From contig JAGANX010000060.1 in the NCBI GenBank assembly GCA_017623975.1, positions 56,711 to 120,710 on the forward strand: 64,000 nt of DNA. Reading direction: 5' to 3'. The notes beneath the pieces were generated by a model, which saw only the letters and a program-made list of their open reading frames with translations, was not told the origin of the DNA and ran no database searches. Each line of letters starts with the position of its first letter. The stretch's first letter is position 1. The translations under genes and the position numbers were made by a program. Shown here one piece after another: positions 25,686 to 34,746 of the stretch. This stretch comes from Clostridia bacterium (lineage in GTDB: Bacteria > Bacillota > Clostridia > Oscillospirales > CAG-272).

Positions 25686-27575
25686 ATGAAATTTAAAATT
25701 TTCTTATTTATTTTAGCCACGGTATTGTTGCTTTCTTGCTTTGTTGGATGCGGATGCAGCCAAAAGGACACTGACAGTGAGCATGATGGGGATGAGGGCA
25801 AGCTTGATAAAACTGATAGCTCACTTGATAAGGATGAAGGGGATAACTCCACTGATAAACCGGATAACGAAGATGAATCAACAGAAAAGGTTGATTTGGC
25901 AGTGGTGTTTGCAGTTGATGAGTCTGCCAGCATGATACACTTGAAAAGTAAAGCAGTAGCAGAAATGCGCCAAGCTCTTGAAATAATAAAGGAAAGAAAC
26001 AAGGATGCTACAATCGGCTTGACAATAGTCGGCTTTGCAGACGGGGAGGAAGTTACAGGAACAATTGGCTTTTCAAGGGACATTGAAGCGGTAATCAATG
26101 GATACGAGGTGCATGATTTTCTTGGTGAAGAAAGCACAAATATTGCTTTTGGGCTTGAATATTCCGCAGAGCTGCTTGCGGACTGCACAGCTGACAAAAA
26201 AGAGATTTATTTATTCAGTGATTTTCTTGAAACAAAGGGCGATATGATAAGCGCTGCCGAAAAAATAGATAAAATGGATATTTCCGTTACAAATGTTAAA
26301 ATCGGGCACGAAAATGAGGTACAGCTTAGCTCGGTTCAAATAAACGGAAAAGTAAAGCACGGTGAAAGTGTTAAAATTTCTGTTATTGTTAAAAGCACGG
26401 TTGCGTGTAATGCTGAAATTGTAATTGAGGATGGAGAAACAACAGTTACACGCGATGTGTATGTTTCTGCCGGCAACAATGAGTACCTTGTGGAATACAA
26501 GCCAAGTAACCCCGGAGTAAACGGTGTAAAGGTTACCGTAAATTCACAAAACGATGGACTCAGTGGGAATAATTCCGTATATAGCTGGTACTTATACGAG
26601 GATAAATATTCCATTCTTATAGTGGACGGTGATGACTACAAGGGTGGCGGTCAAATTGCTCAATTGGTTGAGGAAGGGATATTCGAAGGCTTAGAAGGCT
26701 ATGACTTTAAAGTTGTTACATCGAAAAATATGCCACGGAACCTTGAAGAGCTTTTGGAATATGACCAGGTTGTTTTAATGAATGTAGACTTTGATGGTAT
26801 CCCGTCAGAGTTGATTTCCGATTCAGCTTTGAAACGATATGTTGAGGAATGTGGCAGAAGTCTTGTTGTTACCTTTGGCGATAAGTTTTCAAGCTACGGT
26901 GGTGAAGAATTTGAGAATTCTGTCTTGACAGAAATTTTGCCTGTTGATTTGACAAGCTTAAACAGCGTAGAAGCTATTGTAAAGCCAACTGTTACGGGAA
27001 ATGCTTCCTCGGTATTGCAAGGGGTTATGGGCATTGAAAATATTGGCGGATACTATGACTCTGCTATAAAGGATGGCGCTAATATGGTTATCAGCGTTGG
27101 CAATAATGTGCCCCTTTATGCAGAATGGCAATACGGTCTTGGCAATGTCAGCGTCTTTATGTCTGACTTAGGTAAAGAGGAATGGACAGGCGAGCTTGTA
27201 AAAAGCCAAGACGGGCAAAGGCTCATATCCAATATCCTCACAGTTAATATGAATAACAACCAAAGCTCTACCGGGATTAACTATTCAATTTCAAAAGACG
27301 GTGATGATACTGTAATAGTAGCCGAAATGTTAACCATGTTAAGGATGAATGAAAGGCTTCTAATACAAATAACCGATATGAACGGTGATGTGGTATGTAC
27401 GGAGGAATTGACAGAAATAGCTGCAAGAAAGTATCGTGTACAGCTTGACTTGGAAAGCAACACCTTATACTATGGCTGTTTAATGTTGATTAATGGAAAC
27501 GAACGTATTTGTGACCGTGTATTCTTTGCCATAGCTGACATGTATAATCCCGAATATAATGTTTTAACCGAATAA
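25686..27575 (+). CDS. VWA-domain lipoprotein, paralogue of the 22561-25581 product
   Basis: Start at the ATG after the GGAGAGAG RBS. Signal peptide MKFKIFLFILATVLLLSCFVGCGC is followed by a D/E-rich linker. MIDAS motif AVDESASM. Shares blocks with the upstream protein (NNSVYSWY..ILIVDGDD, PLYAEWQYGLGNVSVFMSDLG). Confidence 0.8.
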   Translation: MKFKIFLFILATVLLLSCFVGCGCSQKDTDSEHDGDEGKLDKTDSSLDKDEGDNSTDKPDNEDESTEKVDLAVVFAVDESASMIHLKSKAVAEMRQALEIIKERNKDATIGLTIVGFADGEEVTGTIGFSRDIEAVINGYEVHDFLGEESTNIAFGLEYSAELLADCTADKKEIYLFSDFLETKGDMISAAEKIDKMDISVTNVKIGHENEVQLSSVQINGKVKHGESVKISVIVKSTVACNAEIVIEDGETTVTRDVYVSAGNNEYLVEYKPSNPGVNGVKVTVNSQNDGLSGNNSVYSWYLYEDKYSILIVDGDDYKGGGQIAQLVEEGIFEGLEGYDFKVVTSKNMPRNLEELLEYDQVVLMNVDFDGIPSELISDSALKRYVEECGRSLVVTFGDKFSSYGGEEFENSVLTEILPVDLTSLNSVEAIVKPTVTGNASSVLQGVMGIENIGGYYDSAIKDGANMVISVGNNVPLYAEWQYGLGNVSVFMSDLGKEEWTGELVKSQDGQRLISNILTVNMNNNQSSTGINYSISKDGDDTVIVAEMLTMLRMNERLLIQITDMNGDVVCTEELTEIAARKYRVQLDLESNTLYYGCLMLINGNERICDRVFFAIADMYNPEYNVLTE

Positions 27576-27576
27576 A

Positions 27577-27608
27577 AAATACGGCCCCACGCTTGTGGGG
27601 TCGTATTA
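27577..27608. terminator. bidirectional terminator
   Basis: Hairpin ACGGCCCCAC-gctt-GTGGGGTCGT, flanked by an A-run and a T-rich tail. Confidence 0.75.
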
Positions 27609-27610
27609 TA

Positions 27611-28150
27611 TTACATTTTATCCTTGTCGTAAACTGCACGCTCACCGCCGATAAACTTTGGACGGGTGCGGGCGCAGGTGAATAGTGCATTTCCGATTTT
27701 GTTTGTAGATAAACGGACAGGAACAGCAACCTTTTTAAGGTGCATTCCAATTAATGTAAGACCGATGTCAATACCTGCATCTGCCCTAATTTCTTCGATA
27801 ACAACAGGGTTTTTAAATCTTTCATAAGCAACAGTAGCAAGCGAGCCGCCTGCCTTTTTTTGCGGCACAACATTTACAGCCTCTGCAAAGGGAACTGCAC
27901 TGCGTTCTACAACAATAGCACGGTTTAAATGCTCACAGCACTGAACAGCCAAATAAATTCCTTTTTCATTTAAAACGGAAGAAATTCCTTCATAAATTTC
28001 AAGGGCAGTGTCAGGGTCAGAGTTAGTTCCTATTTTAGAACCAACCACCTCACTTGTGGAGCAGCCAACAACCAAAATACTGCCTTTACCTAAGTCAGCC
28101 TTGCTAACAAGCTCCTCTATAACAGATATACATTCGTTTTTTATAGACAT
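27611..28150 (-). CDS. UPF0340/TIGR01440 family protein (YwlG-like)
   Basis: 179 aa. Motifs ILVVGCSTSEV.G..IG and CCEHLNRA. RBS GAGGTG. Confidence 0.7.
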   Translation of the reverse strand: MSIKNECISVIEELVSKADLGKGSILVVGCSTSEVVGSKIGTNSDPDTALEIYEGISSVLNEKGIYLAVQCCEHLNRAIVVERSAVPFAEAVNVVPQKKAGGSLATVAYERFKNPVVIEEIRADAGIDIGLTLIGMHLKKVAVPVRLSTNKIGNALFTCARTRPKFIGGERAVYDKDKM

Positions 28151-28321
28151 GATTTCACCTCGTGTACATATTTATTAAATAATTTTATCATTATATTTAT
28201 AAAAAGTCAACTATTTTGTGACAGTTCAAGATTTGTTCATAATTATAATGTATAATATAACGTGGAATTATATGGGAATAATTCTAAATATAAGATTATA
28301 TTAAAAGTGAGGAATAGATTT

Positions 28322-29974
28322 ATGTCAAAAACGCTTAACAAATTAAACAATCCAATCGGCGTAACCGGTCCTGTTCTTACCATAGTAATGGACGGTGTTG
28401 GTCTCGCCCCTGCAACAGAGGCAAATGCGGTTAGCCTTGCATACACCCCAACACTTGATATGCTTATGTCTAAGTATCCAACAGTAAAGTTGAAGGCACA
28501 CGGTACAGCAGTAGGCTTGCCCGGAGATGACGATATGGGTAACTCCGAGGTTGGTCACAACGCACTTGGCTCAGGTCAGGTTTTCGCACAGGGTGCAAAG
28601 CTTGTTTCTCAATCTATTGAAAACGGCAAAATGTTTGGCTCTGATACATGGAAAAAGATTGTTGCAAACGTAAAGGACAATTCTTCCACACTTCATTTTA
28701 TAGGTCTTTTCTCTGACGGTAACGTTCACTCTCACATTAACCACTTGAAGTCTATGATTGACGAGGCTAAGGCTGAGGGTGTTGCCCGTGTTAGACTTCA
28801 TATTTTGATAGACGGACGTGACGTTGGTGAAACAAGTGCCCTTGATTATATCCTTCCGTTTGAAGAATACTTGAACGGATTGAGAGCAGATAATTTTGAT
28901 ATAAAAATCGCATCCGGCGGTGGTAGAATGGTTATCACTATGGATAGGTATGAGGCTAACTGGAAAATGGTTGAGCTTGGCTGGCAAACACACGTGCTTG
29001 GTCAAGGCAGGCAGTTTGCTTCCGCTGCCGAAGCGGTTGAAGCATACAGGGCTGAGCTTAAAGTTATCGACCAAGATTTGCCGCCGTTCGTTATTGCAGA
29101 AAACGGTGAGCCTGTTGGTACGATAAATGATGGCGACAGTGTAGTATTCTACAATTTCAGAGGCGACAGAGCCATTGAAATTTCTAAGGCGTTTGATGAT
29201 AAGGAATTTACAAAGTTTGACAGAGTTCGTTATCCAAGCGTAGTATATGCAGGTATGCTTGAATATGACGGAGACCTTCATATTCCTTCTAACTATCTTG
29301 TAAACCCACCTGAAATTACTAATACAATGGGTGAATATCTTGCAAATACAGGCGTGTCCCAGCTTGCAATTTCCGAAACACAAAAATACGGTCACGTAAC
29401 ATATTTCTGGAACGGTAATAAGAGCGGTAAGTTTGATGAGGCTCTTGAAACCTATATTGAAGTACCTTCCGATGTTGTTCCGTTCGAGCAAAGACCGTGG
29501 ATGAAGTGCGCTGAAATTACAGATAAGCTCATTGAATGTCTTGAAAGTGGCAAATATGCTTGTTTAAGAGTAAACTTCCCTAACGGTGACATGGTTGGCC
29601 ATACAGGTAATATCTTGGCAACACGCTGCTCAATGGAGGCACTTGACCTTCAATTAAAGCGTCTTTTAGAGGTTGTTGACAAGCTTAAAGGCGTTGCGCT
29701 TATTACAGCGGACCACGGTAACGCCGACGAAATGTACGAATGTGACAAAAAGGGTATGCCAAAGGCTGGTAAGGATGGCTCCTTCAAGGCAAAGACGAGC
29801 CATACATTAAATCCTGTTCCGTTCATCATTTACGACAACTACTATTCCGACAAATATACAGTTAAAGCAGACAATGGCGAGTTCGGTCTTTCAAACGTTG
29901 CTGCCACAGCGGTAAACTTCTTAGGCTACCAAGCGCCAAGCATGTGGGATGACAGTGTTATTAACGTAAAATAA
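28322..29974 (+). CDS. gpmI: 2,3-bisphosphoglycerate-independent phosphoglycerate mutase, long (~550 aa) form
   Basis: Motifs MDGVG, GNSEVGHNALGSG, SDGNVHSH, TADHGNAD. Start chosen at MSKTLNK (RBS GTGAGGA); the listed ORF starts 60 nt earlier. Confidence 0.9.
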   Translation: MSKTLNKLNNPIGVTGPVLTIVMDGVGLAPATEANAVSLAYTPTLDMLMSKYPTVKLKAHGTAVGLPGDDDMGNSEVGHNALGSGQVFAQGAKLVSQSIENGKMFGSDTWKKIVANVKDNSSTLHFIGLFSDGNVHSHINHLKSMIDEAKAEGVARVRLHILIDGRDVGETSALDYILPFEEYLNGLRADNFDIKIASGGGRMVITMDRYEANWKMVELGWQTHVLGQGRQFASAAEAVEAYRAELKVIDQDLPPFVIAENGEPVGTINDGDSVVFYNFRGDRAIEISKAFDDKEFTKFDRVRYPSVVYAGMLEYDGDLHIPSNYLVNPPEITNTMGEYLANTGVSQLAISETQKYGHVTYFWNGNKSGKFDEALETYIEVPSDVVPFEQRPWMKCAEITDKLIECLESGKYACLRVNFPNGDMVGHTGNILATRCSMEALDLQLKRLLEVVDKLKGVALITADHGNADEMYECDKKGMPKAGKDGSFKAKTSHTLNPVPFIIYDNYYSDKYTVKADNGEFGLSNVAATAVNFLGYQAPSMWDDSVINVK

Positions 29975-29988
29975 CGAATTAAAAGCAT

Positions 29989-30015
29989 AAAAGGGCGGAC
30001 TCTGTTCGCCCTTTT
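29989..30015 (+). terminator. terminator after gpmI
   Basis: Hairpin AAGGGCG...CGCCCTT followed by TTAATAA. Confidence 0.65.
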
Positions 30016-30032
30016 AATAAAAAAGAGGTTAT

Positions 30033-30644
30033 ATGATAATCTATCAAGATGAAGAAATAGTTGTTTGCCATAAGCCCTACGGTGTTTCTTCTCAGCTAAG
30101 CGGCGGAGAAAATATGGTTAATATTTTAAAGGAGCTTTGCGGTTGTGATATATATCCTGTACATAGGCTTGATACACAAACCACAGGACTGATGGTGTAT
30201 GCAAAAAGTCAAAAAAGTGCAGGTGAACTTTCCCGCCAAATAGCAGACAAGACCTTTGAAAAGGAATATATATGCCTATGCCACGGAGATATCGAAAAGA
30301 AAGGTGAAATGGTAGATTTTCTTTTTCATGACAGGCTGAAAAACAAGTCCTTTGTGTCAAAAACAAAGCGGAATGGGACAAAGGAGGCAAGGCTTGAATT
30401 TTCAAAAATTGGTGAAAAATACGTGGGGGAGTGTCGATTATCCAGCGTTAAAGTAAAGCTGTACACAGGCAGAACGCACCAAATCAGAGTGCAGTTTGCA
30501 TCTCGCGGATATACGCTTTACGGTGACGGAAAATACGGAGCTAAGGACAATGATAAAATTCACTTACATTCTGCTTACATTTCCTTCAATCACCCAAAAA
30601 CAAAGGAAAAAATGGAATTTAGCTTAAAAGCGTCTTGGGAGTAA
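30033..30644 (+). CDS. RluA-family pseudouridine synthase (short form, no S4 domain)
   Basis: 203 aa. Catalytic motif HRLDTQTTGLMV, and GRTHQIR. Confidence 0.8.
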   Translation: MIIYQDEEIVVCHKPYGVSSQLSGGENMVNILKELCGCDIYPVHRLDTQTTGLMVYAKSQKSAGELSRQIADKTFEKEYICLCHGDIEKKGEMVDFLFHDRLKNKSFVSKTKRNGTKEARLEFSKIGEKYVGECRLSSVKVKLYTGRTHQIRVQFASRGYTLYGDGKYGAKDNDKIHLHSAYISFNHPKTKEKMEFSLKASWE

Positions 30645-30791
30645 GCCAGGGCGCTTTTTTTGTCACAATTTGTGAAAAAAGCGTGGGGAGTGGATGTTTT
30701 TACCTTTTAAGTGTCATATTGAAGTGGCTGAGCATATAATTGAATGAGTAGATTTAATCTTGATTGCCAACGGTCATAAGGAGGGTACTAT

Positions 30792-31403
30792 ATGATACTT
30801 GAAAAGGAATATTTTAGAAGCAGAGCGGTAGAATACGCAAGAAAATATGCCCTTGTGAGAAACCCCTTGTTTTATACATTTGAGGGGATTGGAGGGAACT
30901 GTACAAATTTTGTTTCCCAATGTGTTCTTGCAGGCTCCTGCGTTATGAATTTTATGCCCATTTACGGTTGGTTTTACCTGTCGTCAAACAGGAGAGCCCC
31001 CGCTTGGACGGGCGTGGAATTTTTTTACAATTTTATGACCACTAACCAGGATGTCGGTCCGTATGGTAGGGTGGTTGCATTGGCTGAGGCTGAAATCGGT
31101 GATGTAATCCAGCTTCAAAATCAGGATGATGTGTATTATCATACGCTGATTATTTCGGAAATTCGTAATGGAGAGGTGTATATTTGCGCAAATTCCGTTG
31201 ATTCTCTTGACCGCCCCTTGTCATCCTACGATTATAAGTCGTTAAGAGTTATCCATATTGAAAAGATTCGATACGATACAAGGTACATCATTGATTGCTT
31301 TGAAAGTCTCTTAAATCCGCCGATTCCACCAATTGAGGAAGCTGAGCAGAACGCCACCGATGAAAACGAAGGGGAAAGTCCATCACCCATTAGTGGCACA
31401 TAG
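30792..31403 (+). CDS. putative amidase-domain protein (Amidase_6-like)
   Basis: 203 aa. GGNCTNFVSQC (a papain/NlpC-like Cys context) and YHTLII. RBS AAGGAGGG. Confidence 0.55.
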   Translation: MILEKEYFRSRAVEYARKYALVRNPLFYTFEGIGGNCTNFVSQCVLAGSCVMNFMPIYGWFYLSSNRRAPAWTGVEFFYNFMTTNQDVGPYGRVVALAEAEIGDVIQLQNQDDVYYHTLIISEIRNGEVYICANSVDSLDRPLSSYDYKSLRVIHIEKIRYDTRYIIDCFESLLNPPIPPIEEAEQNATDENEGESPSPISGT

Positions 31404-31516
31404 AACAAAAAGTTAGCAAAGCATTAAAACGATATTAACAAAGTGTGAAATTTAAGAATATCGCACATAATTTTGCACAAAAAAGTCTTTAATTTGTTAA
31501 AATGGTCTAAAATCAC

Positions 31517-31545
31517 TTGACAAATTTGCTCTTTTATTGTAATAT
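31517..31545 (+). promoter_or_regulatory. sigma-A promoter for the hydrolase gene
   Basis: TTGACA - 17 nt - TAATAT. Confidence 0.6.
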
Positions 31546-31599
31546 ATATGTGTGAATTAATCTCCACAAGTATTGTGGTGGAATTTCGGAGGAAAAGAA

Positions 31600-34455
31600 A
31601 TGAAGAGAAAATGGCTGGCACTATTAGTAGTTGTTTCTATGCTCTTAATGGTGTTCTTAATCACATCTTGCTCTTGTAACGCTGATGTTGATGTTAACGT
31701 TAACAGCGGTTCATCAAACACAGGTGACAGTAGCAACACGGACCAAACTGGCGGTACTAACAACTCCGGTACTGATAATTCAGGTACAGGCAGCACAGGC
31801 GGCTCAGTTCCCGGTCCCGGCGACAGCACAGGCAGTACAGGCAGCTCAGTTCCCGGTCCGGGCAGCAGCACAGGCAGTACAGGCGGAACAAGTAGCTCAA
31901 ACCCACCTGTAACACCACCTGATCCCGGCGATGGAGTTCCAACAGGAACAGTTGCTCCCGTTATCAAGTATTTGAGAATTGGTGAAATCGGTTCTACTAC
32001 TGTTACAATCAGATTTAACGCAACAGGCAAGGACCTTGCGTATGAAATCAGATACAGCAGCGAGCCTATCACTGCTGAAAATTTTGAAAGCGCTACACTT
32101 GTTACCGATGCGGTAGTATCAGGCGCAGGCGAGGTTAAGTCTGCTACTCTTAACTTGGTAGTTGGCAAGACCGCAAAATACTACATAGCGGTTCAAGCAA
32201 TTTCAAAGGGCGAAAAGAGTACTATTGAAACTGTTCGTGCCGGCGGTATTGACCTTGTTTACGTTGACCCTAACAGAATTACCTCTGTTTACTGTGGTGA
32301 GGTTATCAAGGATTTGACACCGTTGATTGACGAATTTGACGGCGTTCTTCAAGGTGTTCTCCCTACAAACAGACTTTCCAAGTTCTATTACCATAAGGAT
32401 GACTGGAATGAGGGCAGGGGAGACTATTACGGCGAAACTCATGAAAGATACGGTACTGACTTAGCACCTATTATTGACCTTGAATATACTCACTACGTTG
32501 AATATATTGAAGTCTTTTACGGTCATACCGCATACGACTTGGACGTTCGTTCATCCAAGAACTTTGCAAACTTCAATACACCAAGTGCTTGGGATACAAC
32601 AAATGAATCATATCCTGCAATCAACTTGAAAACTAACGCTTGGAACAGAATTCCAATCGGCGGTGAGGTTAGATTTATCCAGCTTCAATTCCTTGACGGT
32701 GAGGCTCCTGTTGAAGTAGTTATTTACGGTTACCAAACAGGCGAAACCGCGGGAGATGAAATCGGTAATACACAGCACAAGCTCCCAACAGTCGGTGAGA
32801 TGATGGGTATGTGCGCACTTCTCGGTGACGGTGCTATGAACACAGTTGAAGAATATTCCTGCGTTTCCGTTATTCGTGAATATCATAACCTCGGTTGGTC
32901 TTACAACTGGTCATCCTTCCCAATGAAGGCTACATCATTGATAAGAACAAACGTTGGTAACTTTGACCAAAAATACAGAGATTATTCTCCATATAACCTT
33001 ATCATTCCTTGCTTACAGTGGAGTGAAGGTGATAACCCTGCAAGAACATACAATAAGCTAACAGGTAAGCTCAATGCTGAGATTGCTTCATTTACTGAAA
33101 AATATTTGCCATCTACATATATTGGATATGCAGATGTTATGTATCAGTATGCAGCACGTTACGGCAGTTCAAGAATGGATTACCTCTACGAGAATGTAAG
33201 AGCGCACTCTGACGGCGGTACACAAATCGGTCTTAACTATATTAAATGGCTTGAATTTGGTAATGAGCCAAACGGTGAAGACCAAAGAGGTGCAACACCT
33301 TATCAGCACGCTGCCATGGTTTCTGCCGCATATGATGGACATATGAGAACTGTTTTGGCAGATGTTTATAATCCTGATGACTTTACATACTTCTTGGGCG
33401 CTAAAACAGCTGACCCTGATATCAAGGTTGCTATGTCAGGTCTTGCAGGTATTGGTAACCAATATATTGCTTCTATGTGCTACTGGATGAGAGCTAACAG
33501 AAGCGATATCCACGGTACATGGACATCTAAAAACGACGCAATTGCTATGGACGCATTTAACGTACATACATACTTCGGTGAGTACTATGTTCTCAACGGT
33601 GAAGGTGTTTACGTTGGTGTTAGCCCTGAGGAATACGGTCTTGTAGATGCTATGTCTAAGCTTGTTGAATTCAGAGATAGATATTATCCGGACGTTGAGG
33701 TATGGCTTACTGAGTTTGGCTGGGATACAAACGAATCCTACGAAACAATGACATCCTCACACCGTTACGGTGAATACACAGCCCGTCAGGTTCAAGCAAT
33801 GTGGCTTACAAGAGCATACATTCTTTTGTCCTCCTGCGGTGTTGACAAGGCAACAATGTATATGGCAAATGACCTCGGTAATGACAGAGATACATACGGT
33901 AAGTACGGTACTTGCGGTATCTTCGGTTACACATTCTTAAACGGCGGCGATGACCCAACACTTATTTACACAGTTAAGGGTGAGGACTGCATTAAGGGTG
34001 AGCCTGATGAAAATGGTAAGGACAGATACTACTACATAAAAGACGGTGTGTTTGCAGGTAACAGCGCAGAGGTTAAGATGAGTAAGAAGCATTCATGGTA
34101 CTACATGAGCACACTTTTCCACACACTTAACGATTACACATTCCGCCGTGAGCTTGCTTCCGGTAATGATGACGTTTGGGTATATCAATACTCAAATGCT
34201 GATCATGATGAGGCATATGCAGTATGGTGTCCTACATCTAATATGACAAAGGTTAACGGATACAGACTCTTTGTTGGTACAGATTACGAAAGCGTAACAC
34301 TTGTTGAAACACAGGTTGCAGTTGACGCAGCTGGTAACACAGTTGAGGAAGGCAGCAGTGCAACAGGTAAAAAGACTGAATTGACAGTTGACGCAAGCGG
34401 CTATGTATCAATTAACGTTTCTGAAAACCCTGTTTATGTTGTTGTAAACAAATAA
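31600..34455 (+). CDS. secreted lipoprotein: G/S/T linker, FN3-like and beta-sandwich domains, clan GH-A (TIM barrel) glycoside hydrolase
   Basis: Start at MKRKWLALL after a GGAGGA RBS. Lipobox ITSCSC. Putative acid/base motif WLEFGNEPNG and nucleophile motif VWLTEFGWD, as in clan GH-A enzymes. The GH family could not be assigned by eye. Confidence 0.65.
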   Translation: MKRKWLALLVVVSMLLMVFLITSCSCNADVDVNVNSGSSNTGDSSNTDQTGGTNNSGTDNSGTGSTGGSVPGPGDSTGSTGSSVPGPGSSTGSTGGTSSSNPPVTPPDPGDGVPTGTVAPVIKYLRIGEIGSTTVTIRFNATGKDLAYEIRYSSEPITAENFESATLVTDAVVSGAGEVKSATLNLVVGKTAKYYIAVQAISKGEKSTIETVRAGGIDLVYVDPNRITSVYCGEVIKDLTPLIDEFDGVLQGVLPTNRLSKFYYHKDDWNEGRGDYYGETHERYGTDLAPIIDLEYTHYVEYIEVFYGHTAYDLDVRSSKNFANFNTPSAWDTTNESYPAINLKTNAWNRIPIGGEVRFIQLQFLDGEAPVEVVIYGYQTGETAGDEIGNTQHKLPTVGEMMGMCALLGDGAMNTVEEYSCVSVIREYHNLGWSYNWSSFPMKATSLIRTNVGNFDQKYRDYSPYNLIIPCLQWSEGDNPARTYNKLTGKLNAEIASFTEKYLPSTYIGYADVMYQYAARYGSSRMDYLYENVRAHSDGGTQIGLNYIKWLEFGNEPNGEDQRGATPYQHAAMVSAAYDGHMRTVLADVYNPDDFTYFLGAKTADPDIKVAMSGLAGIGNQYIASMCYWMRANRSDIHGTWTSKNDAIAMDAFNVHTYFGEYYVLNGEGVYVGVSPEEYGLVDAMSKLVEFRDRYYPDVEVWLTEFGWDTNESYETMTSSHRYGEYTARQVQAMWLTRAYILLSSCGVDKATMYMANDLGNDRDTYGKYGTCGIFGYTFLNGGDDPTLIYTVKGEDCIKGEPDENGKDRYYYIKDGVFAGNSAEVKMSKKHSWYYMSTLFHTLNDYTFRRELASGNDDVWVYQYSNADHDEAYAVWCPTSNMTKVNGYRLFVGTDYESVTLVETQVAVDAAGNTVEEGSSATGKKTELTVDASGYVSINVSENPVYVVVNK
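31786..31886 (+). repeat. 42-nt tandem repeat (~2.4 copies) encoding GS(V/S)PGPG(D/S)STGSTG
   Basis: gctcagttcccggtcc recurs at 31802 and 31844, in frame. Confidence 0.85.
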
Positions 34456-34473
34456 TAAGACTAATTCCCAATC

Positions 34474-34507
34474 CTTAGCGTGATACTCTTAACGGAGTAT
34501 CACGCTA
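34474..34507 (+). terminator. terminator hairpin after the hydrolase gene
   Basis: Perfect 14-bp stem TTAGCGTGATACTC / GAGTATCACGCTAA with a 6-nt loop. The tail CTTTATT is a weak U-tract. Confidence 0.7.
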
Positions 34508-34541
34508 ACTTTATTCCCCTGCGGCGAGTTCTATGGCTTCG

Positions 34542-34677
34542 CAGTGATATTCGGCTTACGCCGAGTTATATTTGCTACGCAAGTTTAGGGCGAATAGAAT
34601 ATCACTGATGCCGCAAGGCTTTAATATCACTGTCGCTGTGCGACAATATCACTCTTTGCGGCAGCAAAGAATATCAC
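34542..34677 (+). repeat. array of mini-hairpins each followed by AATATCACT (4 direct copies plus 1 inverted)
   Basis: AATATCACT occurs at 34597, 34622, 34644 and 34669 (spacing 25/22/25 nt). The inverted copy AGTGATATT is at 34542. The spacers are short stem-loops (GCC-gcaa-GGC, GTCGC-tgt-GCGAC, CTTTGC-ggca-GCAAAG). Confidence 0.85.
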
Positions 34678-34690
34678 TTTATACCAACAG

Positions 34691-34743
34691 AAAGAGCAAG
34701 AGTAAAAGGATAAACCTCCTTCTATTCTTGCTCTTGTTTTTAT
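34691..34743 (+). terminator. long-stem hairpin with T-run, a possible second terminator
   Basis: 10-bp stem AAGAGCAAGA / TCTTGCTCTT enclosing an inner AAGGA/TCCTT pair, followed by GTTTTTATT. Confidence 0.55.
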
Positions 34744-34746
34744 TCT

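Noticed and set aside
28571-29491. 306-aa minus-strand ORF inside gpmI.
   Set aside because: It is antisense to a CDS with unambiguous iPGM motifs. It has no RBS and no recognisable motifs.
31557-32168. 203-aa minus-strand ORF overlapping the start of the hydrolase gene.
   Set aside because: It is a shadow of the G/S/T-repeat linker. Its P/V/L/T-rich product mirrors the sense repeats, and the sense strand has promoter, RBS and lipoprotein signal.
34597-34677. Possible CRISPR-like array (regularly spaced AATATCACT).
   Set aside because: The repeat unit is only 9 nt and the spacers 13-16 nt, far below CRISPR dimensions. The spacers are themselves hairpins, and there are no cas genes in the window.
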